This document shows positions 16,532 through 25,406 of a stretch of DNA of 38,740 nt, one piece after another (position 1 is the first letter of the stretch; every line of letters begins with the position of its first letter). The stretch is from a virus (taxonomy: Duplodnaviria > Caudoviricetes): positions 1 to 38,740 of IMG/VR virus record IMGVR_UViG_3300048574_000107, one strand, 5' to 3'. The position numbers and the translations under genes are program-made. The notes under the pieces were generated by a model, which was not told the origin of the DNA, ran no database searches, and saw only the letters and a program-made list of their open reading frames with translations.

Positions 16532-16746
16532 GCTATCGACACCGTTCGAGGGACGAAATCAGAAGGCAGCTACCCCTTCCCAAGATTTGAGCGAGGCGGG
16601 TTCTGACGAAGCAGAGCGCATCTCAAATCGATTTCCCGAATCCGGCCTTGCTTGTCGGAGTGGCCACGTCACTGCGTCGGTCCGCAGATCAGCTTAGGCA
16701 ATCCGAGTAGGTTTGGCAGGGTTTCGTCCCTCGAACGCTATCGACA
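16532..16746. repeat. 195-bp unit bounded by a perfect 16-bp inverted repeat and a 10-bp direct repeat
   Basis: CGTTCGAGGGACGAAA (16543-16558) and TTTCGTCCCTCGAACG (16722-16737); GCTATCGACA at 16532 and 16737. Confidence 0.85.
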
Positions 16747-16867
16747 GAATACGCAGACTGAATTCACGGCGGCCCGGTGCCGTTACCCTGAGAGCCGAGC
16801 TAACCAAGCGCCAAGCCGTGGCGCCGTGCTCTCAGACCGCGAAACTGAATTTCCCCCGATCTCCCAT

Positions 16868-17134
16868 TTAAGCTGCGACGCTTGATTTTCGTGTTGCCTG
16901 GAACTCGTGTTCTTCGGAACGCATCCTGCGAAGCATTTCGTTGGCCTGATAAATTTCCTCTGCGGTAACGCTCGCCTTCCGGATAAAAATCGGCCAATGA
17001 ACGTCGGGGATTCCGTTCTTCCTCCACTTGTGAACAGCGTTAGGTCCGATCGGGTAGCGGGTGCACTGACTAGCGTCCGACACCTTGTTCGGCCCGCCCG
17101 CCTTCTTGATTAGGTCGCTCACGCTCAGGTTCAT
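16868..17134 (-). CDS. cro: Cro-like regulator
   Basis: LIKKAGGPNKVS...AVHKWRKNGIPDVHW; divergent from the repressor. Confidence 0.8.
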   Translation of the reverse strand: MNLSVSDLIKKAGGPNKVSDASQCTRYPIGPNAVHKWRKNGIPDVHWPIFIRKASVTAEEIYQANEMLRRMRSEEHEFQATRKSSVAA

Positions 17135-17142
17135 GGGAAAAC

Positions 17143-17171
17143 AGTATATGGAAGGAAATTACACTTTTCAA
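17143..17171 (-). promoter_or_regulatory. pR promoter and oR operator
   Basis: TTGAAA-N17-TATACT, ending 8 nt before the cro ATG (near-leaderless). The 22-bp ATGGAAGGAAATTACACTTTTC (17148-17169) recurs inverted at pL. Confidence 0.85.
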
Positions 17172-17221
17172 GGACGATTTTTCCGTCTATGTGGAACTAC
17201 ATTCCGGGCTAGCAATTACCC

Positions 17222-17875
17222 ATGACACAAGACTGGGTAAGCAGGCTCAATGCCTTACGAAAATCAAAGGGTTGGTCGGTGGCTGAATACCATCGGCGCG
17301 TAAATTCGATGTTCCCGAACAGTCCAATCACCAAGGACTCGATCCATGCCTATTTGCGGGGTCGGGTTGCGCAACCGAGGGGCGACGTGCTGGATCGGCT
17401 GGCGAAGCCATTTGATAAAACCGGCCTGTATCTCCAGCATGGGAATAAATTCGCAGACGCGTCGAAAGCGAGAAGAATCCCGTTGCTAACTATGAACGAA
17501 ATAGGAACATTCGATCCCTCTAAAGTAAAAGCGTGGGAGGGTAGTTCCGTGGTTGCGAGTAAAGAAGACGAAGAAAATGATCTAATAGCCGTTCAGCTGC
17601 CTGACGATTCATGCGCTCCAGAGATCAGGCGGGGCGCTACCGTTTTCTGCGAAATGGTGGAAGATGGCGTTGTGGAACCGGGATCTTTGGTCGTTGCCAA
17701 GGTGCCAGACCTAGCAGCAGGCGTTTGTCGAAAATACCGAGCCTTAGATATCCACGACCGGACACGTTTTAAGCTTATCCCGATCAACACGGATTACCCA
17801 GAGATCGAATCATCTCCAGACAGCCCCGTTGTGATATTCGGGAAGGTAGTGAAGATCCTGACGAGTTATCCATGA
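17222..17875 (+). CDS. cI: CI-like repressor (Xre HTH plus S24-like domain)
   Basis: RLNALRKSKGWS...IHAYLRGRVAQPRGDVLDRLA; DDSCAPEIRRGATV, CRKYR, KLIPINTDYP, IFGKVV. Confidence 0.88.
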   Translation: MTQDWVSRLNALRKSKGWSVAEYHRRVNSMFPNSPITKDSIHAYLRGRVAQPRGDVLDRLAKPFDKTGLYLQHGNKFADASKARRIPLLTMNEIGTFDPSKVKAWEGSSVVASKEDEENDLIAVQLPDDSCAPEIRRGATVFCEMVEDGVVEPGSLVVAKVPDLAAGVCRKYRALDIHDRTRFKLIPINTDYPEIESSPDSPVVIFGKVVKILTSYP

Positions 17876-17903
17876 AGCTAGCCCGGGTCGGCGCCGGGCA
17901 CAT

Positions 17904-17939
17904 AAAACAACAGAACCCCGCCTTCTATTGACGGGGTTC
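17904..17939 (-). terminator. Terminator between cI and hicA
   Basis: GAACCCCG...CGGGGTTC hairpin with TGTTGTTTT tail on the minus strand. Confidence 0.65.
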
Positions 17940-17954
17940 CGGATGAAACTTGGA

Positions 17955-18149
17955 TTAAAATTTCTTCCCTAATCCGGCCTGTTTCAGCACTTCGTTGGCA
18001 GTGTGGCGCGACTTGATTGTGCCGTCCACTACGAACCGAGCGCCGTTAATGGGGCTCTCCCATATCTCGTGATCACCCTTCCCCTGGCGCACGAGAAAGC
18101 ATTTTGCATCGAGAAGCGCGTTCCGGACATCCTTCTCGAAGGTCGCCAT
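17955..18149 (-). CDS. hicA: HicA-family mRNA interferase toxin
   Basis: LVRQGKGDHEIWESP...SRHTANEVLKQAGL. Confidence 0.92.
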   Translation of the reverse strand: MATFEKDVRNALLDAKCFLVRQGKGDHEIWESPINGARFVVDGTIKSRHTANEVLKQAGLGKKF

Positions 18150-18394
18150 TAGGCGAAGGCCGGATTTGCGACCTTACCGCATTGCTCCGCCATAATATGG
18201 ACCGGGATTTCCGGCAAATCGTCTGGGCCGCCGTTGAGCGCCAACAGTTCCGAGATCATTACAAATACTTTTTTAGTAAGCAATTCAACAGTTTCGGCTT
18301 CCGTCGCCAATCCGACAATATCGTCACTCGATGCGACCCAAACCTTGGCCTCGTCGTCCCAGAAGGCGCGGACCATAATTGAAATTTTGGGCAT
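18149..18394 (-). CDS. HicB-like/DUF1902 antitoxin (no DNA-binding domain)
   Basis: VRAFWDDEAKVWVASSDDIVGLATEAETVELL; upstream of hicA; candidate promoter TTGTGC-N17-TACATT at 18447-18419. Confidence 0.85.
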   Translation of the reverse strand: MPKISIMVRAFWDDEAKVWVASSDDIVGLATEAETVELLTKKVFVMISELLALNGGPDDLPEIPVHIMAEQCGKVANPAFA

Positions 18395-18539
18395 TTAACC
18401 ACCTCTCCAACAGACTCGAATGTAGCGATTTGCGGATGCTTGCACAAGGTCGCTTGACACGCCTCGAATCATTGCGTGTTCAGTCCGAAAGCTACGCTTG
18501 GTAGCGGAGGTCCGGGAAAAACCTGAGGGGTGCCCGAAA

Positions 18540-18959
18540 TCAGGCCATAAAGCCCCTAATCAGCCAAGAAAGTAGCAGAACCGCCCCCACCCAACTCAGG
18601 CCAATAAGGACGATAGAAATAGTGTTGTCCTGACCGTAGTGTATCCTCATGGCCTTATCAAATCGGGCGTCCGCAATGGCGGGACCGTATGACCCCCGGC
18701 GGTCTTTTGGCGCAAATTCATCGAAGGGATTGGCCGCTGGCATTCCGAATTTGGCGATTAAGGCGCTCCGAACTTCCTCCGTTGCGCCATCGTGCGTCGC
18801 ATAGCTCTCCAAACCAACCTTTACGAACAAATCCGATCTCGCATCCGCTATCCAAACGGAAGCCCACCATAGCGCGCAGACTGTAGCGACAAGGCCGCCG
18901 GCAATCGCGATGCGATCAAAGCCGCGTTTAACGCGCGCGGATCGGCTCAGCGCTTCCAT
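18540..18959 (-). CDS. Two-TM membrane protein in the immunity region
   Basis: N- and C-terminal hydrophobic helices flanking a soluble loop. Confidence 0.7.
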   Translation of the reverse strand: MEALSRSARVKRGFDRIAIAGGLVATVCALWWASVWIADARSDLFVKVGLESYATHDGATEEVRSALIAKFGMPAANPFDEFAPKDRRGSYGPAIADARFDKAMRIHYGQDNTISIVLIGLSWVGAVLLLSWLIRGFMA

Positions 18960-19074
18960 TTCTGCCCCAATACCAATGCTCGGACCAACCCTATCGGAGT
19001 GCGAGATTTTTGCGCCCCTGCCTGTCCAGTCAACTCAGCCTATGAAGATTCTTCGATTAATCCACCGCTCCGAA

Positions 19075-19132
19075 GAAAAGTGTAATTTCCTTCCATTTTG
19101 TGATTGACGTTACGTATTAGTGGAATTATCTT
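19075..19132 (+). promoter_or_regulatory. pL promoter and oL operator
   Basis: GAAAAGTGTAATTTCCTTCCAT (19075-19096, exact reverse complement of 17148-17169); TTGACG (19104)-N17-TATCTT. Confidence 0.85.
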
Positions 19133-19234
19133 ACACATCACCGAAGCGCACCACGGCACCCTAGAGCCGAACGGAACGCCAAGGGGCCGAGCAAGACAGA
19201 CCTCACCACTCCCGTCTGTTGCTCAGCACTTCAA

Positions 19235-19305
19235 GGAAGCCGGGCTGACCTCACACCCTCCAGAGATCAGCAACCCAAGGTCCAGTCCGGCTTCCCTTCT
19301 TTTTC
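19235..19305 (+). terminator. tL1-like terminator/attenuator with a large loop
   Basis: GGAAGCCGGGCTG pairs with CAGTCCGGCTTCC, followed by CTTCTTTTTC. Confidence 0.6.
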
Positions 19306-19312
19306 AACCCTT

Positions 19313-19519
19313 GTGAGCGTGACGGATATGGACAGCGGAACATGTCAAATGCCGATGGATCAGATGGCGACCTGGCAAGAGCAGATCATGGAAGCCGGGT
19401 ACTTCGCAGCGATGACAAGACAGCCGTTCAATCCGGTCGCGATGGACGAGTGGAAGCTCGGCTGGAATCTCTTTCACGACAGCCGCGCATTAACCCGCTC
19501 CACCTCGATAGCGGCCTGA
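19313..19519 (+). CDS. Hypothetical early protein
   Basis: First ORF after the pL leader; start uncertain. Confidence 0.5.
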   Translation: MSVTDMDSGTCQMPMDQMATWQEQIMEAGYFAAMTRQPFNPVAMDEWKLGWNLFHDSRALTRSTSIAA

Positions 19520-19794
19520 TCATTTGTTCCGAATGCTACGGATCGCCAGCTCAATACCTGATCGATTTTGAAGACGTCTGTCCGACGTGTGGCGGATGCG
19601 GATTTCACGACGATCCTGATTTCATCGACGGCGATGCGCGATCGTTTGATCCGCATACAGAGTTTGGCACCTACCATCATCGATATGCGAGGGGCCTCTG
19701 ATGTCCCTCGAACATTTCATCACGCTGGCTTGGATCATAGCACCGCCAGCACTGGTCGGATTCGTAGCGTTTAGCGCGAAATTGGAGCGGGACG

Positions 19795-19962
19795 ATGGCT
19801 AAGTATTTCGATCCGAATTGCTACGTCCTCGCAGAGCACATGCTCGAAGACGGCGCAGCAGAAGCACTGAAAGACGCGCTCGCAAGAGAGTTTCAGCAGA
19901 TCGCTGATGATTTCCGTGCAGAGCTTCAGGCGCGGCAGATGACGAATGCGGAGGCAGCGTGA
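19795..19962 (+). CDS. Hypothetical early protein (55 aa)
   Basis: MAKYFDPNCYVLAEHML...; GGAG RBS; not in the ORF track. Confidence 0.55.
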   Translation: MAKYFDPNCYVLAEHMLEDGAAEALKDALAREFQQIADDFRAELQARQMTNAEAA

Positions 19963-20267
19963 TGACAGCTTCTGAAAGCATCGAGAAAGAGACGTTTTCG
20001 GCACGCGATGTCCTTCTATATCTCCGCGCTGAAGCGAAGGAATGGAATGAAGATGTTGATGGTGACATCAGCGATGGAGTGACGCGCGTTTACATCAATC
20101 ACGATATTCGGATCACTGAAGGCTTGCTTGAAGAACTCCTCGATATGGCGGGTATTTCGAAGGCGTGGGACGAGTCCTGCATTCAGGCACTCGATCGCGA
20201 AAACGACGCCGACTTCGAAGCCAGCGAGAAAGCCCATGGAGAGGATCGCTCTCATGAAGGGAAGTGA
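19959..20267 (+). CDS. Acidic hypothetical protein
   Basis: 102 aa, D/E-rich; GGAGG RBS. Confidence 0.65.
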   Translation: MMTASESIEKETFSARDVLLYLRAEAKEWNEDVDGDISDGVTRVYINHDIRITEGLLEELLDMAGISKAWDESCIQALDRENDADFEASEKAHGEDRSHEGK

Positions 20268-20463
20268 GGCCTCCAGATGGCATCCGATTGGGTGGGCAAA
20301 TTTCAGCTCGAACGGGCTTGGCGTCGATCATTGGTTTGGCGCCGACGGCATATCGCTTTGCCGCCGCCATAGGAACCACACCTACAACATCCTCTCGAGA
20401 GAGACGGCCAGCGCCTGCGTCACGTGTCAACGACGCCTCTCTAAAGAACGGGAGGGGGCGTAG

Positions 20464-20757
20464 ATGGTGCACCATATCTTGCAAGCTGAAGCAGATCGCG
20501 TGTTCACACCGCAAGACCGTGCGGAAGCGAAGAAGCGCAAAGGCAATTCGGCTCAGATCGCACTCGATCTCGTGAATGAAAAGCAAAAGTTCCGGCGCAA
20601 CGTCACTAAGTGTGCGCTGCATTGGGGAGAATACAACTGCGCCTCCGGAACTCTCACTGATTTAGCGCTCTGGGATGTTTACGCCACCCGCGCGCAACTC
20701 AACCTCAGCAAGATTTTGAAGCTGGAAGACAAGCTTGAAAGGGCTCTCGATCAATGA
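20464..20757 (+). CDS. Hypothetical phage protein
   Basis: 97 aa, GGAGG RBS. Confidence 0.65.
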   Translation: MVHHILQAEADRVFTPQDRAEAKKRKGNSAQIALDLVNEKQKFRRNVTKCALHWGEYNCASGTLTDLALWDVYATRAQLNLSKILKLEDKLERALDQ

Positions 20758-21263
20758 GCGTCAGAATCAATCCGTGCTTTGGATGCCCGCTCAGCAAAGG
20801 TTGCGAGCAGAAGTCCGATTACAAGCGCCGCGTTTCCGGACTCGGGCTTCGCTCGGCCACCTTCAGATGCGCGAAGCTATCAGAAGCACTGTCGGCAGGC
20901 ACCCGGATTGAGATCGCGGCACCAGTCCGAGATTACACGCAGAGCGACGGTGTTGAGTTCGAAATCATTCGCGCCTGGGTTCCGGCAACGATTGTTGCGA
21001 GCAAGGGCCACGAGTTCGCCTGCATCGTCGACCGAGAGCCGCTACTTAGAGCGATGCGCAATCGCGGCGATGTCGAAACTGACGTCGATAAGGTTCGCTT
21101 CCGCAAATACATGAGACATGCGCGCATCGTCCGCTTTCTCGATGAGCCCAAGGCGAAGTTGTGCGCTTACGGCAATCCAATCCTTGCTGACGGACGACAT
21201 GACGTTCGGGAAGGCCAGTGCGACTGCTCGGCTCTCTCCTATGGCTTGGAGGCGGCCGAATGA
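20754..21263 (+). CDS. Cys-rich hypothetical protein
   Basis: CFGCP...C...C; ATGA coupled. Confidence 0.65.
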   Translation: MSVRINPCFGCPLSKGCEQKSDYKRRVSGLGLRSATFRCAKLSEALSAGTRIEIAAPVRDYTQSDGVEFEIIRAWVPATIVASKGHEFACIVDREPLLRAMRNRGDVETDVDKVRFRKYMRHARIVRFLDEPKAKLCAYGNPILADGRHDVREGQCDCSALSYGLEAAE

Positions 21264-21505
21264 AATCGAACATCGTCAACTTCCCGATCATCCCGAGAGC
21301 AACGGCGATCACTCCATCAGCAAACGATGATCGTGATCCCCACACCATCGCAATCGAGATGATGAAGAAAGCCATTCAGTTTTCAACTCAAACCTGTGGG
21401 AAGGCTTGGACACTGAACGTGCTCAAGTCAGCGATTGAAGTTGACGATGTGAACGGATGGCGGAACCGAGCGCGACGGATGTTTGATCGAAAGGAGACTG
21501 TGTAA
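21260..21505 (+). CDS. Hypothetical phage protein
   Basis: MKSNIVNFP start with GGAGG. Confidence 0.6.
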   Translation: MKSNIVNFPIIPRATAITPSANDDRDPHTIAIEMMKKAIQFSTQTCGKAWTLNVLKSAIEVDDVNGWRNRARRMFDRKETV

Positions 21506-22272
21506 TGGCCGCAGTAGCGAAGATCGAGGACCACAAGACCGGCGAAGTCGTCTCTCTCGGCGAGACTTCGACCATGCTGGCGATGCTCAATCGCATGACC
21601 AGCGACCCGGCCGTATCAATCGAGCGTGTGGAGCAGGCGTTTGCCTTCTATCAGAAGGTGCAAGCCAACGATGCCCGTCGCGCATTCGATGAAGCGATGG
21701 CGATCGCGAAATCAGAAATCAAGCCGATCCTAAAAAACCGCCTCGTCTCGCACGAAACCAAGACTGGCGGCACAAAAAGCTACAGACATGAGGATCTGGC
21801 TCAGATCGCCAACTCTGTTGATCCCATTCTCAGCAAGCACGGGCTTTCCTATCGCTTCCGGACAACGTCAAACCTTAACGAGCCGATCAGCGTAACGTGC
21901 ATCGTCTCGCATCGCCTTGGCTATTCGGAGGAAAACACGCTTCACGCCGGGCGCGATGACAGCGGCAACAAGAACTCCATTCAGGCCATCGGCTCAACCA
22001 TCACTTATTTGCAGCGGTACACGCTGAAAGCCGCCCTTGGCCTTGCTGCGGCCCATGATGACGACGGCAAGAAAGCCGACGCGGCTGACGTGACATTTGT
22101 CACTGATGAGCAGGTCTCGGAACTGACGGCCCTCATCGCCGAGACAAAAACCGACATCACCAAGTTCCTCGAAATTGGCAAGGTCGAAAGCCTATCCGAC
22201 ATCACCGCTGAAAATTTCGGCAAGGCGAAAGCGCTCTTGGAACAGAAGAAAAAGAAAGGAGCCTCGAAATGA
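21505..22272 (+). CDS. erf: ERF-family single-strand annealing recombinase
   Basis: YRHEDLAQIANSVDPILSKHGLSY...QAIGSTITYLQRYTLKAALGLAAAHDDDG. Confidence 0.92.
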   Translation: MAAVAKIEDHKTGEVVSLGETSTMLAMLNRMTSDPAVSIERVEQAFAFYQKVQANDARRAFDEAMAIAKSEIKPILKNRLVSHETKTGGTKSYRHEDLAQIANSVDPILSKHGLSYRFRTTSNLNEPISVTCIVSHRLGYSEENTLHAGRDDSGNKNSIQAIGSTITYLQRYTLKAALGLAAAHDDDGKKADAADVTFVTDEQVSELTALIAETKTDITKFLEIGKVESLSDITAENFGKAKALLEQKKKKGASK

Positions 22273-23294
22273 ACGAGATTGTCGACCGCGACCTGATGAT
22301 CGTCCTCCCGCAGCCGGGCGACGCCCTTGGCGTCTTTACGAAAGAAGGAGGTATTCAGCCCTTTCTCGACATGGTGCGAGCCAAGATAGATGCGTTCGAA
22401 GGCGATGCTTCAACTGAGGTTGGCAGGAAGAAGATCAAGTCATTCGCCCACAAAATCACGAAGTCAAAAACAGCTCTTGAGGACGTGGGAAAGGCACTAG
22501 CTGCCGAGCAGAAGGAAATCCCGAAGAAGATCGATGCCGCTCGAAAGCTCATGCGTGAGACGCTGGATCAGTGGCACGATGAAGTGCGCCAGCCGGTCAC
22601 AGAGTTCGAGGAAAAGGAAAAGCGGCGGGTCGAATACTACCAGAGTCTCATTAAGCACATTCAGGATTGTGCCATCGGGTTGATCGGTGGCCAGCCGCAG
22701 CCATTGGGTCTCCTTATCTTTGAACTGGAGGAGAAGATCGTCGTCGACGCGACGTGGGGCGAGTTCGAGAATGAAGGAAAGATCGTCAAGGACGCCGCTC
22801 TTCTGAAACTTCGCGCGGCCCTTGAGGCTGAACAAAAGCGCGCCGCGCAAGAGGCTGAACTTGAGGCGCTTCGTGCCGAGAAGGCAGAGCGGGATCGCAA
22901 GGACAACGAAGAGCGCCTTCGGAAAGAAGGCGAAGAACGCGCGCGCCTGGAAGCGGAAGCCGATGCTCGCGCCGAAAAAGAACGCGCTGAACGCAAACTA
23001 GCCGACGAAAAGGCTGCCGCTGAAAGACGTGAACGGGAACTGATTGCAGAGAAAGAAGCGGCTGAGCAAAGAGCCGTAGAAGCTGCGGCCAAGGCTAAGC
23101 GCGAACTTGAAGACCAGAAACGCGCCGAGGAAGCCGAAATAGCCCGTCGTGAAGCTGACAAGGCCCACAAGGCGAAGATCAACCGTGCGGCACTCGCGGC
23201 CTTCGTCGAAGGCGGCATTGATTCGGAAGTCGCGAAAACCGTGATCAAGCTCATCGCCGCGAAGTCGATCCCTGCAATCGCTATTCATTACTGA
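22269..23294 (+). CDS. Phage coiled-coil protein
   Basis: GRKKIKSFAHKITKSKTAL...IPKKIDAARK...VRQPVTEFE, then a long E/K/R/A coil. Confidence 0.8.
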   Translation: MNEIVDRDLMIVLPQPGDALGVFTKEGGIQPFLDMVRAKIDAFEGDASTEVGRKKIKSFAHKITKSKTALEDVGKALAAEQKEIPKKIDAARKLMRETLDQWHDEVRQPVTEFEEKEKRRVEYYQSLIKHIQDCAIGLIGGQPQPLGLLIFELEEKIVVDATWGEFENEGKIVKDAALLKLRAALEAEQKRAAQEAELEALRAEKAERDRKDNEERLRKEGEERARLEAEADARAEKERAERKLADEKAAAERRERELIAEKEAAEQRAVEAAAKAKRELEDQKRAEEAEIARREADKAHKAKINRAALAAFVEGGIDSEVAKTVIKLIAAKSIPAIAIHY

Positions 23295-23301
23295 GGGCAT
23301 C

Positions 23302-23946
23302 ATGAAAATCATTGAATGCACCCAAGGGTGCGAAGATTGGGTTGCGGCTCGCGTTGGAAAGGTTGGCGCTTCGCGCATAGCGGACATCGTTGCGAAGACG
23401 AAGACTGGCTACAGCACGTCACGAGCTAATTACGCCGCTGAACTCGTCGCAGAACGACTAACAGGGAGCAAGACTGAGGGCTTCACGAGCGCGGCCATGC
23501 AGTGGGGCACAGACAACGAGCCTCATGCTCGCGCGATGTATGAGTTCATGCACAACGTCTCGGTTGTGCAGGTCGGAATTGTTTTGCACCCGACGATCGA
23601 GGACGCCCAAGCAAGCCCGGATGGCCTCATTGGAGACAACGGTCTCATTGAGATCAAGTGTCCTCTAACAGCGACGCACATCGCAACGCTGCGGGGTGGA
23701 GAGATCGACGGCCGATACATGAAGCAGATGCAGTGGCAGATGGCATGCACCGGTCGTGCCTGGTGCGACTTCTGCTCGTTTGATCCGCGTCTCCCTGCAG
23801 AAATGCAACTGCACGTCACACGCGTCAATCGCGATTCCGGAATGATCGTCAGCCTTGAAACAGAAGTCCGCTCATTCCTCGCAGAGGTTGCTGACGCCGT
23901 TTCGGATCTGACTCTCAGATACCAGACTCCAATCGCCGCCGAATAA
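23302..23946 (+). CDS. YqaJ/lambda-exonuclease family protein
   Basis: QGCEDWVAARVG, AMQWGTDNEPHAR, ASPDGL, IEIKCP, QMQWQM. Confidence 0.95.
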   Translation: MKIIECTQGCEDWVAARVGKVGASRIADIVAKTKTGYSTSRANYAAELVAERLTGSKTEGFTSAAMQWGTDNEPHARAMYEFMHNVSVVQVGIVLHPTIEDAQASPDGLIGDNGLIEIKCPLTATHIATLRGGEIDGRYMKQMQWQMACTGRAWCDFCSFDPRLPAEMQLHVTRVNRDSGMIVSLETEVRSFLAEVADAVSDLTLRYQTPIAAE

Positions 23947-23979
23947 CCACCACTCATTCTCAAATCCTCAGGGGGAACA

Positions 23980-24681
23980 ATGAAAGCTCTTACTCTTGCT
24001 ATCTCTGCCGCTGCTTTGATCGCCGCATCACCTGTTGCAGCTCAGGACTATAAGTGGACTGGAGCTTATGCCGGTGCAAACCTCGGATATATCTGGGGCG
24101 ATGCCACGACGACGGGCGATGTAGCTGATTGGGGAAATGATCCCAAGTTCATCGGCCCTTTCAACAACAGCGTTGGCGGCTTCGTCGGCGGCGGCACGCT
24201 GGGATACAATCTCCAGGTTGATCGCGTCGTTCTGGGCGTCGAGGCAGACCTCGATTATGCCGATCTCAGCGGCAACATCGATACGCCGTCGTCTCAATCG
24301 GGAAATCACCAGGACATCGCCCTGAGCGGCGGGTTCCTCGGCACCATCACCGCTCGCGCTGGTGTTCTTATTGATCCAGCGACGCTCATCTATGCCAAAG
24401 GCGGCCTTGCACTCTACACGGGAGAAGCAACGCAGACGACGACGGCTAAGGGCTACGAGACGCATGGAACGAACACGTTCACGGGATTCGTTGTCGGCGG
24501 CGGCATCGAGCGCAAGCTGACCGAGAACATCAGCATCAAGCTTGAATATGCGCACTTCGACTTCGGAACCGAGACCGGCGATCAGACATCAATCGCTGAT
24601 GATCCGATCGGGCACGTCTACCACAACCACACGAGCGTTACGGCGGATTCCGTCCGTGCTGGCCTGAACTATCGGTTCTGA
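23980..24681 (+). CDS. Outer-membrane beta-barrel protein (Omp25/RopB-like)
   Basis: Signal peptide, WTGAYAGANLGY, GGGTLGYNLQ, LGVEAD, LIYAKGG, terminal VRAGLNYRF. Confidence 0.92.
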   Translation: MKALTLAISAAALIAASPVAAQDYKWTGAYAGANLGYIWGDATTTGDVADWGNDPKFIGPFNNSVGGFVGGGTLGYNLQVDRVVLGVEADLDYADLSGNIDTPSSQSGNHQDIALSGGFLGTITARAGVLIDPATLIYAKGGLALYTGEATQTTTAKGYETHGTNTFTGFVVGGGIERKLTENISIKLEYAHFDFGTETGDQTSIADDPIGHVYHNHTSVTADSVRAGLNYRF

Positions 24682-24685
24682 GGCC

Positions 24686-24877
24686 ATGCAAGAAAATCGC
24701 CCGCTCTACGAACGCATCTCGCAAGCTGAAGCTCTCGCGAAAGAGGGCATCCCCGTTGATCGCATCATGGAATTGACAGGGTTGGCGAGAGTGACAGCAC
24801 AATGCGTCGTAGGGCGGGTGCGGGGTGAGTTGGATTTTAGTTCGCTGCGGAAATGCAGAAAGGACGATGCGCAATGA
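24686..24877 (+). CDS. Small HTH-like protein
   Basis: EGIPVDRIMELTGLARVTAQ. Confidence 0.55.
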   Translation: MQENRPLYERISQAEALAKEGIPVDRIMELTGLARVTAQCVVGRVRGELDFSSLRKCRKDDAQ

Positions 24878-25239
24878 ACGCTCACGCAAAGATATCTGAA
24901 CTTCCGCAACAAGAACGTCCGATCTCCGAGGAATACCGCATCGTCGCAAAACGTTGGGTTGATGCCGATGCTGCGGCGCGTCTTCGCGAAGAAATGAAGA
25001 CCACGACTCTTGAGCAACTGAAGCAGGAACTCATCAAGCAGGACCCAAAACTACCCGACAGCCACGCCGAACGCATAGTGAAAGCAGGTTCCGACTGGGG
25101 CGAATACATCCACCAGATGGTCGATGCGCGCACGGATGCGAACCGCTTCAAAGCTCAACTTGAATACGTTCGGATGAAGTTCTCAGAGCACCAAGATTTC
25201 AACGCAAGTGCGCGTGCCGAGATGAGACTTTCTAGATGA
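24874..25239 (+). CDS. Helical hypothetical phage protein
   Basis: MNAHAK start, ATGA coupled. Confidence 0.7.
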   Translation: MNAHAKISELPQQERPISEEYRIVAKRWVDADAAARLREEMKTTTLEQLKQELIKQDPKLPDSHAERIVKAGSDWGEYIHQMVDARTDANRFKAQLEYVRMKFSEHQDFNASARAEMRLSR

Positions 25240-25406
25240 TAGATCCCGTTCAAGACGCCAAAGAAAAAGCAGTCTCGTTGATGGAGGCGCATCTCAAAGC
25301 GAAAGCTCAAGGCGATTACGCCAAAGCAGATGAGTTCTACGCGGAATCAAAATTCTTTCTCCGTCTTCTTAGAGACGCAGGTGAAGATGTGGGGGTGGTG
25401 CGGTGA
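25236..25406 (+). CDS. 56-aa protein, copy A1
   Basis: MIDPVQDAKEKAVSLM...GDYAKADEFYAESKFFLRLLRDAGEDVGVVR; paralogue at 28713. Confidence 0.75.
   Translation: MIDPVQDAKEKAVSLMEAHLKAKAQGDYAKADEFYAESKFFLRLLRDAGEDVGVVR

Noticed and set aside
16543-16737. Retron msr-msd (a1/a2 repeat)
   Set aside because: No reverse transcriptase adjacent or anywhere in the window.
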